64,000 bases of DNA from contig NMRA01001000.1 of NCBI GenBank assembly GCA_002633005.1, positions 1 to 64,000 of the forward strand, written 5' to 3'. Below, in pieces: positions 28,140 to 40,742 of this stretch. This DNA comes from Phoronis australis. Its lineage: Eukaryota; Animalia; Phoronida. Position 1 is the stretch's first letter; each line of letters begins with the position of its first letter. The notes below the pieces were generated by a model. That model was not told the DNA's origin, made no database searches, and saw only the letters and a list, made by a program, of their open reading frames with translations. The position numbers and the translations under genes are program-made.

Positions 28140-29057
28140 GTAAGTACGCGATCTAGTGATAACGCACAATACGTGTGCTCCACGTAATTACGTTACACTG
28201 TGATGCAAGAAACTTCAATTTATCGAAACTAGCGACAAGGAGAGTTTTGAAAGTTATAGACTAATTAGGTTACCTTTTGTTCCAAGATGAACCTCCAATG
28301 GTCGCCATAATTACCCACTATTGCCGCAACAACAGATTCGTCAGTTGGTCCGCCACCATTTTTATGGCAAGCTGGTCTGTAGCCGGCTGCACCTTGGCCT
28401 TACAGAGGACAAGTATATATGTATCGCAACCGTAGTCATGCATGTTATGAAAACCATATAATTTTTTGGTAATGTCAGAGAGATATGAATATGATCAGGA
28501 AGAGATATCTCTTCCTGATATTATCCAGTTGTATGTTACTATGTTTAACCATCCCAATCACTGACAATTGATGAGTCATTTTAGCCGGAATATTTTCTGG
28601 ATTTTTTTCCAAAATTATTTTTACTCTTGTGAACAAAGCTAACCACTGCGTATACGTTGTGTTCGTGCGATAAATATTCAAGATTCTAAAAAAGTCGTAA
28701 AAGGCTATCATGAACGTGGTTAATGTTAGTGAGATAGGAATGTACAATTCTCAACATATCTTTGTTTTCATTTTTCTCCTCCCGCGATGTAAATCAATTT
28801 TCCTTGCGGTAATATTTATTAATATGGAAAACATGATTATATTTCTGTTGCGGTCAGTGACATTCAAAAGACAGTCTTATGTTCCCGTTACGTTTAATAT
28901 TATTGGGATGTCAATGTTAAGTTGTATTCGCTCTCGATTCTGAGTAAGACTTTAAAAAGGAGCATGGTGTGATGTTTTGAACATGGCTGGACAATATAGC
29001 ATTTAGTTGAAGTTTGAAATAAAAAAGAAATTCGAGATCTACTATTCGCTGTTTCAG

Positions 29058-29678
29058 GTGTCTCTCAGTAAAGAAGCAGTTGAACAGCACGAGAAGAATC
29101 AAACAAAGCGTCTGTCAGTGTCCATGGCTCCTGGCAGGCGCATGTCCGTGGCGTCAACTCAGAGCTTCGAAAGTAATGCGCAGAGAAGGCAATCGCGTGT
29201 TGGTCTGGCAGTCTCCAATTTGATGGGAATGGGGGGTGCCACGAGGCGCATGTCACGTGTCGTTCGCGGGGCAGCAAGTGAAAACATTCGCGAAGCCCTG
29301 GTTCAGCCGAAGCCACCCCCCGTGGAGAACACGTACAGGATGGAACCTAAAGAAAACGAACACTTTGGGATCTCAAAGGTCGAACAGACGGTGAAGAACA
29401 CGCTGGAGTTATTTTTAAAGAATGAGACTTACGATCGTGAGACCGCACCGCAACTGACATGCGAACTGTGCACGATGATTAAAAATCGCGTGAAGGATTT
29501 GGAGATGCCGCGCTACAAAACTGTTGTAAATGTGTTACTCGGAGAAATAAATGGACAAGGTCTTGAGGCAGCAAGTCGTTGCTTGTGGAACCCTCAGACG
29601 GATAACTACGCATGCGTGAATTACAAAAACAGCTCACTTTTCGCGACCGTAACAGTTCACGCGTTTTACTTTGAGTAA
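29058..29678 (+). CDS. TCTEX1D1: Tctex1 domain-containing dynein light chain (TCTEX1D1/DYNLT5-like), main exon; spliced protein 217 aa
   Basis: tttcag acceptor. ENTYRMEP...IKNRVKDLEMPRYKTVVNVLLGE..GQG...ASRCLWNPQTDNYA...YKNSSLFATVTVHAFYFE* is a typical Tctex-1 domain. Exact orthology among TCTEX1D paralogues is not established. Confidence 0.9.
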   Translation: MSLSKEAVEQHEKNQTKRLSVSMAPGRRMSVASTQSFESNAQRRQSRVGLAVSNLMGMGGATRRMSRVVRGAASENIREALVQPKPPPVENTYRMEPKENEHFGISKVEQTVKNTLELFLKNETYDRETAPQLTCELCTMIKNRVKDLEMPRYKTVVNVLLGEINGQGLEAASRCLWNPQTDNYACVNYKNSSLFATVTVHAFYFE

Positions 29679-31735
29679 AACGTGCTAACGGATCGCCGGG
29701 AAACAGCGCCGTTCACGGCGTCTTGACCATGTCCTCATTGAATGGCAAATCGATTAGATTCAAGAACATAACATTTTCAGCACAAAAGTGTGTTGAACAA
29801 CTTGATAAAAACGCACGCAACATGACAAAAACCTTGAGCTGTCATTGTCATATTTCCTTAAGTGGTGTCCGGTGACATCGCTGACTTGAGCAACTGATTG
29901 TTACGTTATCTAGCAGCTGAGACAGTATGAGTTTTATTGCTGTGCGATACATCGGGTTATTCCTGTAGAGGTGATCTTTGTGCCAATTTATTGTGCAAAA
30001 TGTGTATTCATTCTACGTCTTGTTCAGAATACGTTGCAGTTTCCCTACTGTACACCTAATGAAATAATTAAAACACGGTACTTTTTGCGGTAGTGACCGC
30101 ACATGAAAGTTGAAAGAATGTATTTTATCAAGAAAAAAAACAGTCAAAATTTGCAAGTAAGTAAATTGTTCATGAACCCTCGCGTTTAGATGTTGTTTAG
30201 AGTTACTAGGTTGTATAAAGTTACACTATGTTGTATAGAGTTACTGTGTAGTATGAAGGAGCAGACTCCACGAGCTGTAAACATTGTTGTTAATTATCGT
30301 TATTATGACAATCTGGATACGCGAGTCATTTCGCAAAAATAAACTGTGAAATAAGCGACGTAGGAATAAAGCTATTTAAAAAGTTGAAGCTTTTAAGATA
30401 TATGTTAAAAAAGGTAAAAATCCCAAACTAAATGAAAAGGAAGCACATTCTTGGCTGGTTTGTGTTTTTGAAAATCGAGTCAGTGGTGCGATATATGTTT
30501 TTAGTTTAACATTTTTAAAGAAAAAACTCCATCTGAAACTAGAAAAAATGATGCGGTGTTTTTTGTTCTGAAACTGAACTGGTTTCGGGGGGGGGGGTGG
30601 TTGTCTGCAGGCTTGCCTGTGCTCAACGAGTCCTCTTTTTGCATGGAAATGGTTTCACTAACTAATTTGTTGCCAAATGACCAGATTATGAATATTTGAG
30701 AAATGCACGCTCGTAGCCTACAACGCCTAATACAGTGACGAACGCCTAAGATAGTCAGTGGGGTCTCAGTTGTATGAGAACATTTCGTGGGTACTTTTAC
30801 CGGCAATTTACTTTTTTCTAGTATGGCGTAATAAAATATTTCTAATTCTTGTTTTACATACAAAACACGCGTCAGGCTGAAGATTTTTGTAGAGTTTCTA
30901 AGGGTTCAAAAAACTAGGACTTATGATCAGTGATGAGTCCATGTAGTTCATTAAAAGGGAATTATCGGCAAGGCACAGGAACCGAGTGCAGCACCGGCTG
31001 AACGCTGAGCTAATCCCACAGCAGTACTAAATTCTGTTTTAAATTGATGATTTCAACCAATCCTCGTTCTGTTACCTGCTAATGCATCATTGATCTGGCG
31101 TCAACATTCCAGGTTAAGGGCAAGAATGAACAAAAGCTCATACTCCCTACGTCACAGATTGGACATTATGGTCCTTGGTGAGTGGTCTTTTCCCACGACT
31201 GGCGTGTAATGAGCTAAAGGCGTACATGTTGGTCACTCTTGCGCCGGCCACTGAGATTTGGAAAGGAGTTTTCAAAATTTCCTCCTATAACTGTGAAGAT
31301 ATTCAAAGATTAGGGCTATTCTCTTATTTCAGAGAACTGGATGGGAAAGTGGTTTTTAGTATCCGTTGATAAGCCAAAAGAGAGTTTGGTCAATTTAAGT
31401 GTATTTAAATGGTAACGACATCGAAATTGACTTTAGCCCGCGAATTGTTGTCACATACCACTGTGTCAAGTTGTGCCAAGTTCAGTTCTTTGATGCCCAA
31501 TCAGGGCTTCTTAGATATCCGACGACCAGAAAACTGGAGTGAACTGCCGTAGGCCCTACACAACTGAACTGACCACTTGGGGCGGGTGCTGCGCAGTATT
31601 GCCATAGCGGTCAAATCCGTCTGAAAACTGATAAATTGCCGACGCATTGTAATCGCGGCCACAAATCTCTGTGACATCACGGGAATCCCGACCGGCATCT
31701 TTTTCCGTTAGACAACACCTGGATTGGCTCAGTTC

Positions 31736-32048
31736 CCCGGGGGTTCACTCATATTGAGAAGTGCCTGCAGCCGTGTACCAAAAATTGCAGGTAGGCGCGG
31801 TAGCCTACTTTTTCAGCAAGTTTTGCGGGACCCGCACATGGTTCCAATAGGTATCTAAATTTCCATTTCGTCCCGCAAAAGGCCCACTGCACTCGGCTGG
31901 CCTCAGCGCACTGTCCGTCTTAATTCCCTACCCCCTGCAAAAGGGGTGGGAATTAGCAGATCTCAGTGGCACCGGCAATAATAAAGGAGTCTCCCAACAA
32001 CTTTAGGTAGGGTAAACGCCTGCGTGCACCATATGAGTGACCCCCGTG
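31736..32048. mobile_element. MITE with CCCGGGGG-type termini
   Basis: TIRs cgggggttcactcatat ... atatgagtgacccccg. Confidence 0.65.
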
Positions 32049-32522
32049 CTTTTTACCCCAACGACTGAAGCCCGCACTCCTCTGAGTCTGGATGGCGCGC
32101 AGTACCGGTGGAGTGCGTCCCGCCGATGAACAGCTTCAGCAGAGTTCATCTGGTTTATTGCTGTTACAGTGTATGACTACCACAAACTATTGTTGTGCCA
32201 GTTTCAAACTGGGGAAATGTTTTTTTCTGTCCTCTGCTGCACCTAATCCTTTTGACTAAATGACTCTAAAGCTCTTTTTCAGTGCCCAGTCAGTTTCCCC
32301 GTCATTTCAGTCAAAGGCGATGGTTGTTCGGATGGTCTAAATGGGGAACATGAAAAAGCCAATCTTATGTAAGTGAGCACCAGGCACTGGCGGCAGTACG
32401 GCGGAAGCCGTGCTACCAATCTCAAGTCCAAGCTGCCTTCGTGGTCCGCAGGCAGAATCTTAGTCCGGCAGACTGAGTAGTCATCCTTGCAGTTGAGAGA
32501 AAGTCCAAGCTTCTAAAATTAA

Positions 32523-32560
32523 CCGCTAGAAGGCGTAATATGTGAATGAACCGGAACTGA
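32523..32560 (+). promoter_or_regulatory. Putative promoter module of F-box gene 1 (CTCF-like + CCGGAACT ETS-like), repeated at 45797-45830 and 60506-60543
   Basis: The same motif pair lies ~140-180 bp upstream of each paralogue's ATG. Function is inferred. Confidence 0.4.
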
Positions 32561-32697
32561 AACCAGCAGATGAACGAAACTTCACAACTCTAAGGGCTAA
32601 GGCCAAAAGCCCAACCTCGAAAGACAGCTTAGTAGCAGGATTTTGTTGCAGAGCATAAACAACCACCCTGTGGACCTAGAGAGATTAATTATCAGCT

Positions 32698-32710
32698 ATG
32701 GCCAGTACAG
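32698..32710 (+). CDS. F-box/NuiA-like gene copy 1, exon 1 (MAST)
   Basis: ATG GCC AGT ACA G|gtagtt. The same micro-exon is conserved at 45975 and 60687, and its phase 1 matches exon 2. Confidence 0.75.
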
Positions 32711-33904
32711 GTAGTTCTCTATATAATGTGCAATGTGTCCTTTAACCACAGGATTCCTACCCTCAGACACAGCGCCACCTATTGTAAGACTGATAAAGAG
32801 TGTAGTCAATGATTCCCAGCCTAAACATGCAGCACAGAACTTGAACAAGAAATCCCCAGCCAACCCAGCAGGCGTCAATTTTTAATGAAGGTGGGAGGGT
32901 ATATTAGCGTGGCTAAAAAACTATTAAGGTCCACCTGACCTGAGCTGACCTAGCTGTCAGCACTGCATTAGAAACTTGACCCGTTTTACAGCACTTGTGT
33001 CAGTAAAATTGTACAATTGAGCTCAGCTACCATTGTGGAGAGTGTATTTAATTTCGATATTATGGTGGTTTAAAGTGGGACCACTACGTCCGACTAGTGC
33101 CCTTCAGCATGCTCATCATATGTCAGCGATGGCTGATTGGGTTCATAAACAGCAGTCAGCACTCTTGACAGACACTTGATACGATTTTCTATTCGATAAC
33201 TTTGAGCTGATAGTCTCAGGGGTTCATATAAAACTTTCAGGCACTGTTCTCCCAAAGTGGTTAGGAAGTGTTTTTATTAATCCACTTTTACTTGACGCCT
33301 TATCAAAAGTACAATTTATATCTGAAAAAAATTTGAAGTGCATCATGATAAAATCAGAGAACTGTAACAGCATTCACCTGTAACATTCATCAAATAAATT
33401 ACTATCGTTGTGTCTGTGATTTTACCCTTGTGTTTTGTAAATTTTCACTGAAGACGTATCATGCGACTCCATCAAAGGCAGATTGGTGTGAAGTCACAAG
33501 TCATGTTCTACACCAGCAGAGTTTGGAGCTCATTAATTATCATACTGTCAACTCACCAAATGTGTCCTGGCAATGAAATTCCTAGGTCGGGAAACGAATT
33601 TGCAGAAGTTGTGAATGTCTTGGCCTCAAATGATGCATATAGCTCTAGCAGCAAAGGAAAACTGAAAACAGGACATCTGAATTGAGGAACCGGGACAACT
33701 GGGAAAATGTCTGATAGAACACCCCAAAACATCGGGATGAATGGAAAATTAATAATGTGTCTGTTCAGTGATGTCCAATATGGCCGCCTAACAGTAGACT
33801 TGTCTCACGGCTACTAGTAGGCTTGACTTCTGTCATAGGAAAGGCAAATGACCAGAACACGTCTGTGCATGTCAAAGAATTGAACCTTCTGTTTTTAAGT
33901 TTAC

Positions 33905-34741
33905 GGATTGTACCCCCAAGACCCCCACATCCCATGACCCCCTCGACTCATGACATCCCTCGACCCACGACCCCCTCGACCCATGGCCAACAACCCCCTC
34001 GACCCTGTCTACACAAGCTCAACTCAATCTGAACGTAAAACAACCGCTGACGTAATTGCAGGACCAACGAGTCTGGCCGTGAGCTTGGCTGGGTTTACCC
34101 TGTTTATTTTTCAATTAAGAGAGTTTATTCAGCAAGGTTGAAAGCCAAATACAGAAAAAAACTGAGCAAATCAAATCAAAGACCCTAGCAATGTTACAAA
34201 TGTTGTTCTCGGCAAAGTGTAATCGTCTCTTCTGCTCTTTGGCAGTTTCTAGCTTTTGTGGAGAGTGCGAGGAACCTACGAATCTGTAATTTCTCCAGTA
34301 AATACAGGTTGAAAAAACAAGCTGAAATGAAAAATTATCCCAACATTACACAGAGTATATATTGAAAACGAGAATACAACAGAAAGCAAATTATAATAAA
34401 ACTGTGACATTATGTCCATTCACGTTAACGTAATCTCTCCCTAAATTTAGTATGCTATTGGTATAGCTGCTCTTGGAACTATTTTTGTGACAGTGATAGC
34501 ACACTCATTTTCTGTTTTTTACCACCAGACTTGAGCCAGAGCAGATTTGCGAGTAGGTAAGTCTTTTTGTGGGAATTTCATTCAGCGACTTAGGTCTAAT
34601 ATGATTATGAAATACATTGTGTAAAATGTGTAAAGATAAATCTCAGTATTGCCACAGGTCGTGGGTTGAATTGATAGGGTTGAAGGGTCGTGAGACGAGG
34701 GGTTCAGGGTGTGTGTTGATCAACGGGGTTTTAGAACAATC
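33905..34741. mobile_element. Non-autonomous DNA transposon with subterminal (cccctcgaccca)n repeats, in intron 1 of copy 1
   Basis: Left end ggattgtacccc plus C-rich repeats; right end G-rich repeats plus ggggttttagaacaatc. Related to 39678-40682. Confidence 0.6.
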
Positions 34742-35370
34742 ATTTTTTTACAGAATAATTCTATGTTAAGAATTGTTTGATGACACTTGGTTCAGTTTTA
34801 CCTCAAAATCTAACTGCTGCCTGTTGGTTTGGTAATTGGACCAATTATGTATAAACAGTAGAATTAATGAGAAGCAGAATAAGTTCAGTTGGCAACAATT
34901 GCACAAAAGTTTTAGGTTGTAAAATTCACATTTCTTGTCTGATTTTCAAAATTCCGCACCACCTGGTTGTGTGTCAATGTAGGATTCTGTTCATGCTGTC
35001 TGACTCCATCTTGTTCCTGAAGTATTTTGAGCAGTTAGATTTATCATTTTGTAAAATATTCAATCCTGTGATTGAAGGTGGGTGATCCTTTTCTGTAGCC
35101 TTTCGTTCACTCGGCCAATGCCTGAATTGTCATGCTCTGATTTAGCGCTTGTCAAATTTACTGGACCATTTTCGGATGCTTGACGAGAGTTTCAGTGCAT
35201 TATTTTATTGAGAAGTTTTCAGTGAGTTGGTGGTGAGTAGCTAAAACCATGATTTTTACTTTTAGTATCCTTAGTAATTTCCCTGATGTGCTATAGTTAC
35301 ACATTGTGAGCCAGATAAATTCTCGATGTCCTCTACATGGAAGTTGTCAAATTGTTTTAATTTTTTTCAG

Positions 35371-35758
35371 TTTCCATCAACGATTTGCCAGATTTTATTC
35401 AAGAAAAAGTTTTCCTCAATCTTCACATCAAAGATGTATTAGTGTGTACTCAAGTCTGCTCCCAATGGAAAGATGCCATTGAAAACAATGTGTTTTGGAA
35501 GAGATTCATTGGAAAATGGTTTGATATCACTGCTTCAGACGAGCTGTTGAGTCAGAGTGTTTTAAATGACTGGAGAGACCCAGATGAATTCTTTCCATAC
35601 TTCACTGATGAGGGCGCTCCAAACTGCTGGGTGTTCAAACTGTATCCTGTGGTCTGGGGTTGTGGTGTCGCAGCCCCAAGGGACTTCTCACCAAATGAAA
35701 CTGGCAACTCCAAAAGTGTTGCTGTGGCCCTGAGCAAGTTGGCTGTCATGTCCAAAGG
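35371..35758 (+). CDS. F-box/NuiA-like gene copy 1, exon 2 (F-box domain)
   Basis: tttttttcag acceptor; INDLPDFIQEKVFLNLHIKDVLVCTQVCSQWKDAIENNVFWKR is an F-box motif. The exon is 388 nt in all three copies, ending at a GG|gtagtt donor. Confidence 0.92.
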
Positions 35759-36674
35759 GTAGTTATGCCATAGATCAACTCATGGGTCAACCCTTTGAAA
35801 GTATTGAACGGATTATTTGTTACTATATAATATATGCTTGTTTGAAACTGAAATATTCATTCCAAAAAATAGCACATTTCTGCGTATCTCTTGCTTTGGT
35901 TATTAAATGCTTGCTTTAATGGAAATTTCATAGAATTTTTTAATCAAATATCTAATCAAGGAAACTGCAGCTTCAATGATAACAACTTAATTGATTAAAA
36001 GTTACCTTTTTGATTTTTCTCTTGAGATTCATTACCCATGTTGCATACAACTTGAAAAGCTTGACTTATATGCTAGTCTATAGGCTGTACAAGTCTGTAT
36101 ATATATTCAACCTCATGCAAAAGGTTAATATTTTAGGTACATGTATTCGGTACAATTTGATTTTTAGCATTATACCACTCTACCACTAGTTAAGTTATGC
36201 GACTGCTTTTTTAGGAAAGTTTAACAAAAGATCAATAACATGACCAAATTTTGTATTATGAAAATCCTATCACTATCAGTCATGCAAAAATGGAACATTT
36301 TAAATACAATTCCTAACAGGGTTTTGGAGAACATTTTTTAAAGCAGTGAGTTCACTTCTGAGGTACGATGTTCCGTTGGCCAAATTTGGAGTGTTTCTAT
36401 GGTTCTACACAACCTTAAAGATTTTTTTGTCTTGAAGTGTGAAATGGAGATGTATTTAACTAGTGAAAGTTTTGGCATGTGGTACTCTTTGCATTTATTG
36501 GGGTCGTATGTTTCATTGATAGGATGCTGTTTCCATAGCATTTTGGAATATGTTACATAGTGACGCTGTTAGAATTTTAGGGTAGGTTTCACTCGTGATA
36601 CTTTTTAGCATTTTTAGCCTTGTTCGTCAATTCCTCCATTTATCTGCATAACCACAATAGACACTTTTTTACAG

Positions 36675-36777
36675 TATATCAAAGTTTGACTGCTTTGCTA
36701 CAGCAGGTGCCACTGAAGTGAATGGCACGTTACAGACCATCCTGATGCCGTGGGATAAAGAGTGTATGCCAAATCCT
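36675..36777 (+). CDS. F-box/NuiA-like gene copy 1, exon 3
   Basis: tttacag...|gtgagt; reads (G)ISKFDCFATAGATEVNGTLQTILMPWDKECMPNP; 103 nt in all copies with compatible phase. Confidence 0.88.
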
Positions 36778-37149
36778 GTGAGTGATTCACACATCAATTT
36801 AACATACAGATTTCAATGTTCAAGTGGTGTTGTTTCAACCTGCATGTCAGAACAGGTGTTTCTTATATATACATACCAACTACTATCAACAATTTACCAA
36901 TTTCAGGCAAGTCCTGGTAACATTCTCATTAAATGTCCGAGCAATGTGGTCTAGTGGACTGCCATTTTTATCAAAAAACTACTAACTTCCCTAATTCACT
37001 GATAGAAGCTAGGAATACTCACACAATGGTTGGAGCATAATCAGTTTGGGTAGATCCTAATGAAATAGTATTCAATCCTTGATTCTTGAAATTTTTGAGC
37101 TGTAGCAATTTTATGGCATATGTTTTGTACTAGGTAATACAAAAAATCT

Positions 37150-38030
37150 TAGCTGCAATAATGTAACACCTAACTACACAGCTGCAATAATGTAACACCT
37201 AACTACACAGCTGCCGTAATATAATGCCTAAATAGTCAACTGCAATTTTGTAATTCTTTAATATACTCACCTGCAATACTGTAAAGTTTGTATACTCAGT
37301 TGCAATAACGTAACTCCTAAATACTTAGCTACAATATTGTAACACCTTTAGTAATCAACTGCAGTAATGTAACTCCTTCATACTTAGCAGCAATCACCTA
37401 AATACTCAACTGTTATACTGTAACACTTAAATACTCAACTGCAATACTGTAACTCCTACATGCAGTACTTAGCTGCAATCACCTAAATACTCAACTGCTA
37501 TACTGTAACACCTAAATACTCAACTGCAATACTGTAACTCCTACATGCAATACTTAGCAGCAATCACCTAAATACTCAACTGCTATACTGTAACACCTAA
37601 ATACTCAACTGCAATACTGTAACTCCTACATGCAGTACTTAGCTGCAATCACCTAAATACTCATCTGCTATACTGTAACACATAAATAATCAACTGCAAT
37701 ACTGTAACTCCCACATGCAGTACTTAGCTTCAATCGCCTAAATACTCATCTGTTATACTGTAACACTTAAATAATCAACTGCAATACTGTAACTCCTACA
37801 TGCAATACTTAGCAGCAATCACCTAAATACTCAACTGCTATACTGTAACACCTAAATACTCAACTGCAATACTGTAACTCCCACATGCAGTACTTAGCAG
37901 CAATCACCTAAGTACTTAGCTGCAATACTGTAGCACCTAAATACTGTACTCAGCTGCAATACTGCAACACCTAAATACTCATCTGCAATTATGTAACACT
38001 TAAATATTCAGCTCACAATAATGTAATACC
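37150..38030. repeat. Intronic minisatellite with six 85-bp higher-order units (37391-37900)
   Basis: caatc(a/g)cctaa recurs at 37391, 37476, 37561, 37646, 37731, 37816 and 37901. Built from ~29-bp tactcaactgcaatactgtaacacctaaa monomers. Confidence 0.9.
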
Positions 38031-38769
38031 AAAATACCTGTCACATTGAATAATTAGACAGACACTCAATCGCACCACAATAATGAAGTTGAACACAAGC
38101 ACTAAAGACATGGTTGACATCTGGTGGGATAGTGAATTTCAATATGGCACAGCTATGTATTTCAAAAATCAGCTGTTCTGTTCAATTATTCTATCTTGCA
38201 TAAGGTGTGCAGTTATGCCTAGCATTCAAAAAGTTAAGACCTTGACTACTCATTCAATCATTTCAGTGAAACTACTGATAGAAAAAACAACTTTCTCCCA
38301 TTGTGAAATGAGAAAGGTATTCATAATGATTATGATGTATTACACAAAAGTGAACAAATTTTATCTTGTTTTAGTCGTCAGTAAATCATACAGCGAGGCA
38401 ATGTTTAATATTTTTATGCCATGAAGGCCTGTTCAAAAATTTTATGTTATCCTGCTTTCATACAGACTGCAACTTATGATAACAAGGAAATGCCAACTGC
38501 TTATGACAAATTCATTGGCTGTACAAAAAGCCATGTGAGACACCTTGTATGTCATATAGTGTACAGGTACCCGTGTGGAAAGACAATATTTCACTTGAGG
38601 CACCTTTCTGTCATACATAGGGCTGCAGCAAAGGAGACACTATGTGATTTGAGGCACCTTGTATATCACACATATTTTATGAGTCATGATTCCTGCTAAA
38701 CTGTGTCCAACTCCATTCAATTGCAAGAATTCAAGTTATTGTACATGTTGTCGCTAAGGTTCTTTCACT

Positions 38770-38879
38770 GGCAATAGCTTGATATAACGTACTTTTATTT
38801 TGAGAACCAGTTTGATGCAGGCTATTCAGTGGAAAAAACTGGTTCTCAAAATTCGGGCACGTTATATCAGACCATTACC
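38770..38879. mobile_element. 110-bp hairpin MITE just upstream of the exon 4 acceptor of copy 1
   Basis: Arms tgatataacgt/acgttatatca and ttttgagaaccagttt/aaactggttctcaaaa; absent from copies 2 and 3. Confidence 0.75.
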
Positions 38880-38904
38880 CATTCATTAATAATGGTTGTT
38901 TCAG

Positions 38905-39074
38905 GAAGACCTGCAGAATCTCCTACATATCAACCCTGAGGTCATGCACCATGCTTCCATGAAAGGCTATTGGCAGTTTACTGGTGCTCTATTGCGTGGC
39001 ACATTTGGAATGAGAAACCTCATTGGTCTTCCCACCGATGGTGATTATGATGATGATGAGGAAGAGGATGATGA
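38905..39074 (+). CDS. F-box/NuiA-like gene copy 1, exon 4 (variable patch + acidic tract)
   Basis: tttcag|GAA GAC...GAT GA|gtaagt; reads EDLQNLLHINPEVM...DGDYDDDEEEDD. Confidence 0.88.
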
Positions 39075-39677
39075 GTAAGTATATGACCACCAGGTGTCAC
39101 TGAACAGTGTTTTGCTGTTTTGTGTAGTCAGAAGCCATCTTGAAGAGCAACACTGAACACTGAACACTGAGGTCATTCTTATATAATAAACAATGAAATA
39201 AATAAATAGACAAATTATAGTAACTGTTTTCAAATTGGTCATCGTATTTCAACTTATTTTGTTAAAATTTGTCCTGTTACCTAAAAGCCATTTCTTCTCT
39301 GGTAAAATCTCATCAATTGAGGACCGTAAAGCTTGCAATTAAAATTTTAATTTCACATTGTTGTAAAGGACATGTAACACAAAAGTAGTGCTTTTCTGTG
39401 TACAAGTTATTTACCATAGCTGACGGTGTTATATTTTTTGCGGGCATTCACATCAATGCTGGAAGACCTTGTGAAATATGAAAAAAGAATGATGTAGGCA
39501 ATTATTTGTGAGTTGTATTTTGAAAACACAACATACATTGCGTTAATGTCTTGTGCCGCTTTCTTTCATTTTAGTATTCTATTTTGTTACTGTATATGCC
39601 AGTCTTTTTTAGAGTTGACACATAGATTTAAATCTGATAAACGTATTCAGGCAGTTCTCGGCTGACTGTCAGCTATG

Positions 39678-40682
39678 GGATTTTTCTAAAACCCACTTGA
39701 CCCCTGACCCCCTTGACCCATGACCCCCTCGACCCACTACCTGGGGCAATAGAGGTGTTCTTGCGCTTTTACATATTTCATGATCTTATTACGTCGCTGA
39801 GTGACGTGGTGGAACAGAGAGGTCAACGATCGTTGGCCTTCCAGATTTTTGCAAAAATAAATGCAAAAGAGAAGCACATTCATGTAAGAAAATCGAAGAC
39901 TTATGAAAAAGCTCCGAACAAGTGTTGAAGTGTTGTCTGAGAAAAAATTATGAGTGTAATTCATTGAACGATGGACATTTCATCATGGTTCGTGTTTCAT
40001 TGTCGCCAATTTTGTCTCTTTATTGTAATTATTCAGTGACAGGTATGGGACTCGTCAAAGTCATTTAATGTATTTTACTCCTTTTGAAAAATAATCTTGC
40101 ACGGGCGGCGCACTATAGGAGGCTGGGGCCTACAGCCTCCTAATTATTTCAATGCTGCACAGCCCGTGTCTTGGGGCAATAAATTAGAATTTTGAGTTGT
40201 TATGGCAGACGAACACATTAGTGTACTCTCTCGACTCTGCACAGCAGGTCTCGTGCAGACAGAGGGCGTGACAGCTTGCATGCCAACTTTCTCGGCCAGC
40301 TCGTAGTGACGGCAAGGAGTCCTTGGTGACGATCTGATGTGCCACGGTTCATGATTCCTGTCCATTGTCGGCGTTCCTGTGGTGCTGTTTTTGGTTTTTC
40401 GGAGGTCCGTTTGCCGTTTCTCAGAAAAGGTGCGTTGTTCCTAGTTCGATTATGTGCACCTTGTTTATGGTGCATTTGAAACGTGTGGCTGTATGCTGCT
40501 AGTTGAGTCAGTTTGTGGCAGCTGTACAGACACAGCAAAGCTGAGTCGATAACCTGATGGAGCCAAACCCGGCTTTGGGTTGCGGGGGTTGTGGGTCGAG
40601 GGGGTCGTGGGTCGAGGGGCTTGTAGATCATGGGGGTCGGGGGTCGAAGGGTGTGGAGGTCGAGGGTGTTTGAGAACTATCC
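39678..40682. mobile_element. Non-autonomous DNA transposon with subterminal cccctcgaccc repeats, in intron 4 of copy 1
   Basis: TIRs ggatttttctaaaaccc / gggtgtttgagaactatcc with inverted subterminal repeat arrays. Absent from intron 4 of copy 2. Confidence 0.7.
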
Positions 40683-40742
40683 TCAGTTATGATCTTTTTA
40701 AAGTGTACATTAGTTGAAATGTGCTTCTTTATAATCATGCAG

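Noticed and set aside
28150-28335. Partial X-box-like words in the Tctex first intron
   Set aside because: Matches are too degenerate to call.
34529-34556. Exon-like segment with a strong GTAAGT donor in intron 1 of copy 1
   Set aside because: It lies inside a transposon, is absent from the other copies, and its 28-nt length is not frame-preserving.
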